Of a DNA stretch of 64,000 nucleotides, positions 63,741 to 64,000 are shown one piece after another (position 1 is the stretch's first letter; the number at the start of each line of letters is the position of its first letter). Position numbers and translations under genes: made by a program. The notes below the pieces were generated by a model, which did not search any database, was not told the origin of the DNA, and worked only from the letters and a program-made list of their open reading frames with translations. This DNA is from Owenia fusiformis (Eukaryota), in contig CAIIXF020000001.1 in the NCBI GenBank assembly GCA_903813345.2, forward strand, positions 8,122,001 through 8,186,000, given 5' to 3'.

Positions 63741-63824
63741 TCAAACACATCCACAAAGAATCTCAGATCGACGTTCTTCAAATGTGTTCTGGAGGATTGA
63801 GAGATCTTGGTCTGCATCTAATAC
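63741..63824 (-). CDS. Probable terminal exon of a thymidine kinase 2 / deoxynucleoside kinase-like gene (rest outside window)
   Basis: ATTTCAG acceptor then VLDADQDLSILQNTFEERRSEILCGCV*, resembling the V(L/I)(D/E)AD...FE..R..IL C-terminus of TK2/dNK; AATAAA follows the stop immediately. Confidence 0.5.
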   Translation of the reverse strand, partial: VLDADQDLSILQNTFEERRSEILCGCV

Positions 63825-64000
63825 CTGAAATCACATGTAATTTCATAATAATTCATATTTTGCATTCAATCAAAGATATAAGGACGGTCAATAGATGGTG
63901 AAAAATTCAGTGGGCTTAATTGTTTACTTAAACATGTAAAAATCTCATAAGAAAATATCCAATTCATAAATAAAACATGTTATTAAATAATTTACAAGAA

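Overview
AT-rich eukaryotic (invertebrate metazoan-like) genomic DNA with spliced genes and dense transposon content; no prokaryotic features or CRISPR. I assembled these genes by hand from GT-AG junctions with consistent phases: (1) a 5'-partial adipolin/erythroferrone-like (FAM132/C1QTNF12) C1q-domain gene, 7 exons, 1114-8791 (+); (2) a somatomedin-B-containing family-B/adhesion-like GPCR with a separate signal-peptide exon, 21454-26768 (-); (3) FTSJ1/TRM7, 9 coding exons, 27660-36500 (-), head-to-head with (4) PUS3, 14 exons, 37329-47803 (+), so two tRNA anticodon-loop modifying enzymes share a short divergent promoter; (5) a secreted C-type lectin with an acidic Thr/Glu repeat tail, 57869-60452 (+); (6) a probable last exon of a TK2/dNK-like kinase, 63741-63824 (-). 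Mobile DNA includes a decayed CR1/L2-type LINE whose 2A-like N-terminus is split from its endonuclease by a TTAA-flanked MITE, a 5.4-kb foldback (Academ-like) element with Spy-type insertions in both arms, three CAC..GTG palindromic MITEs with 5-bp TSDs, Helentron-type HINEs and Tc1-like MITEs. Family assignments come from motif recognition only; no database searches were run.
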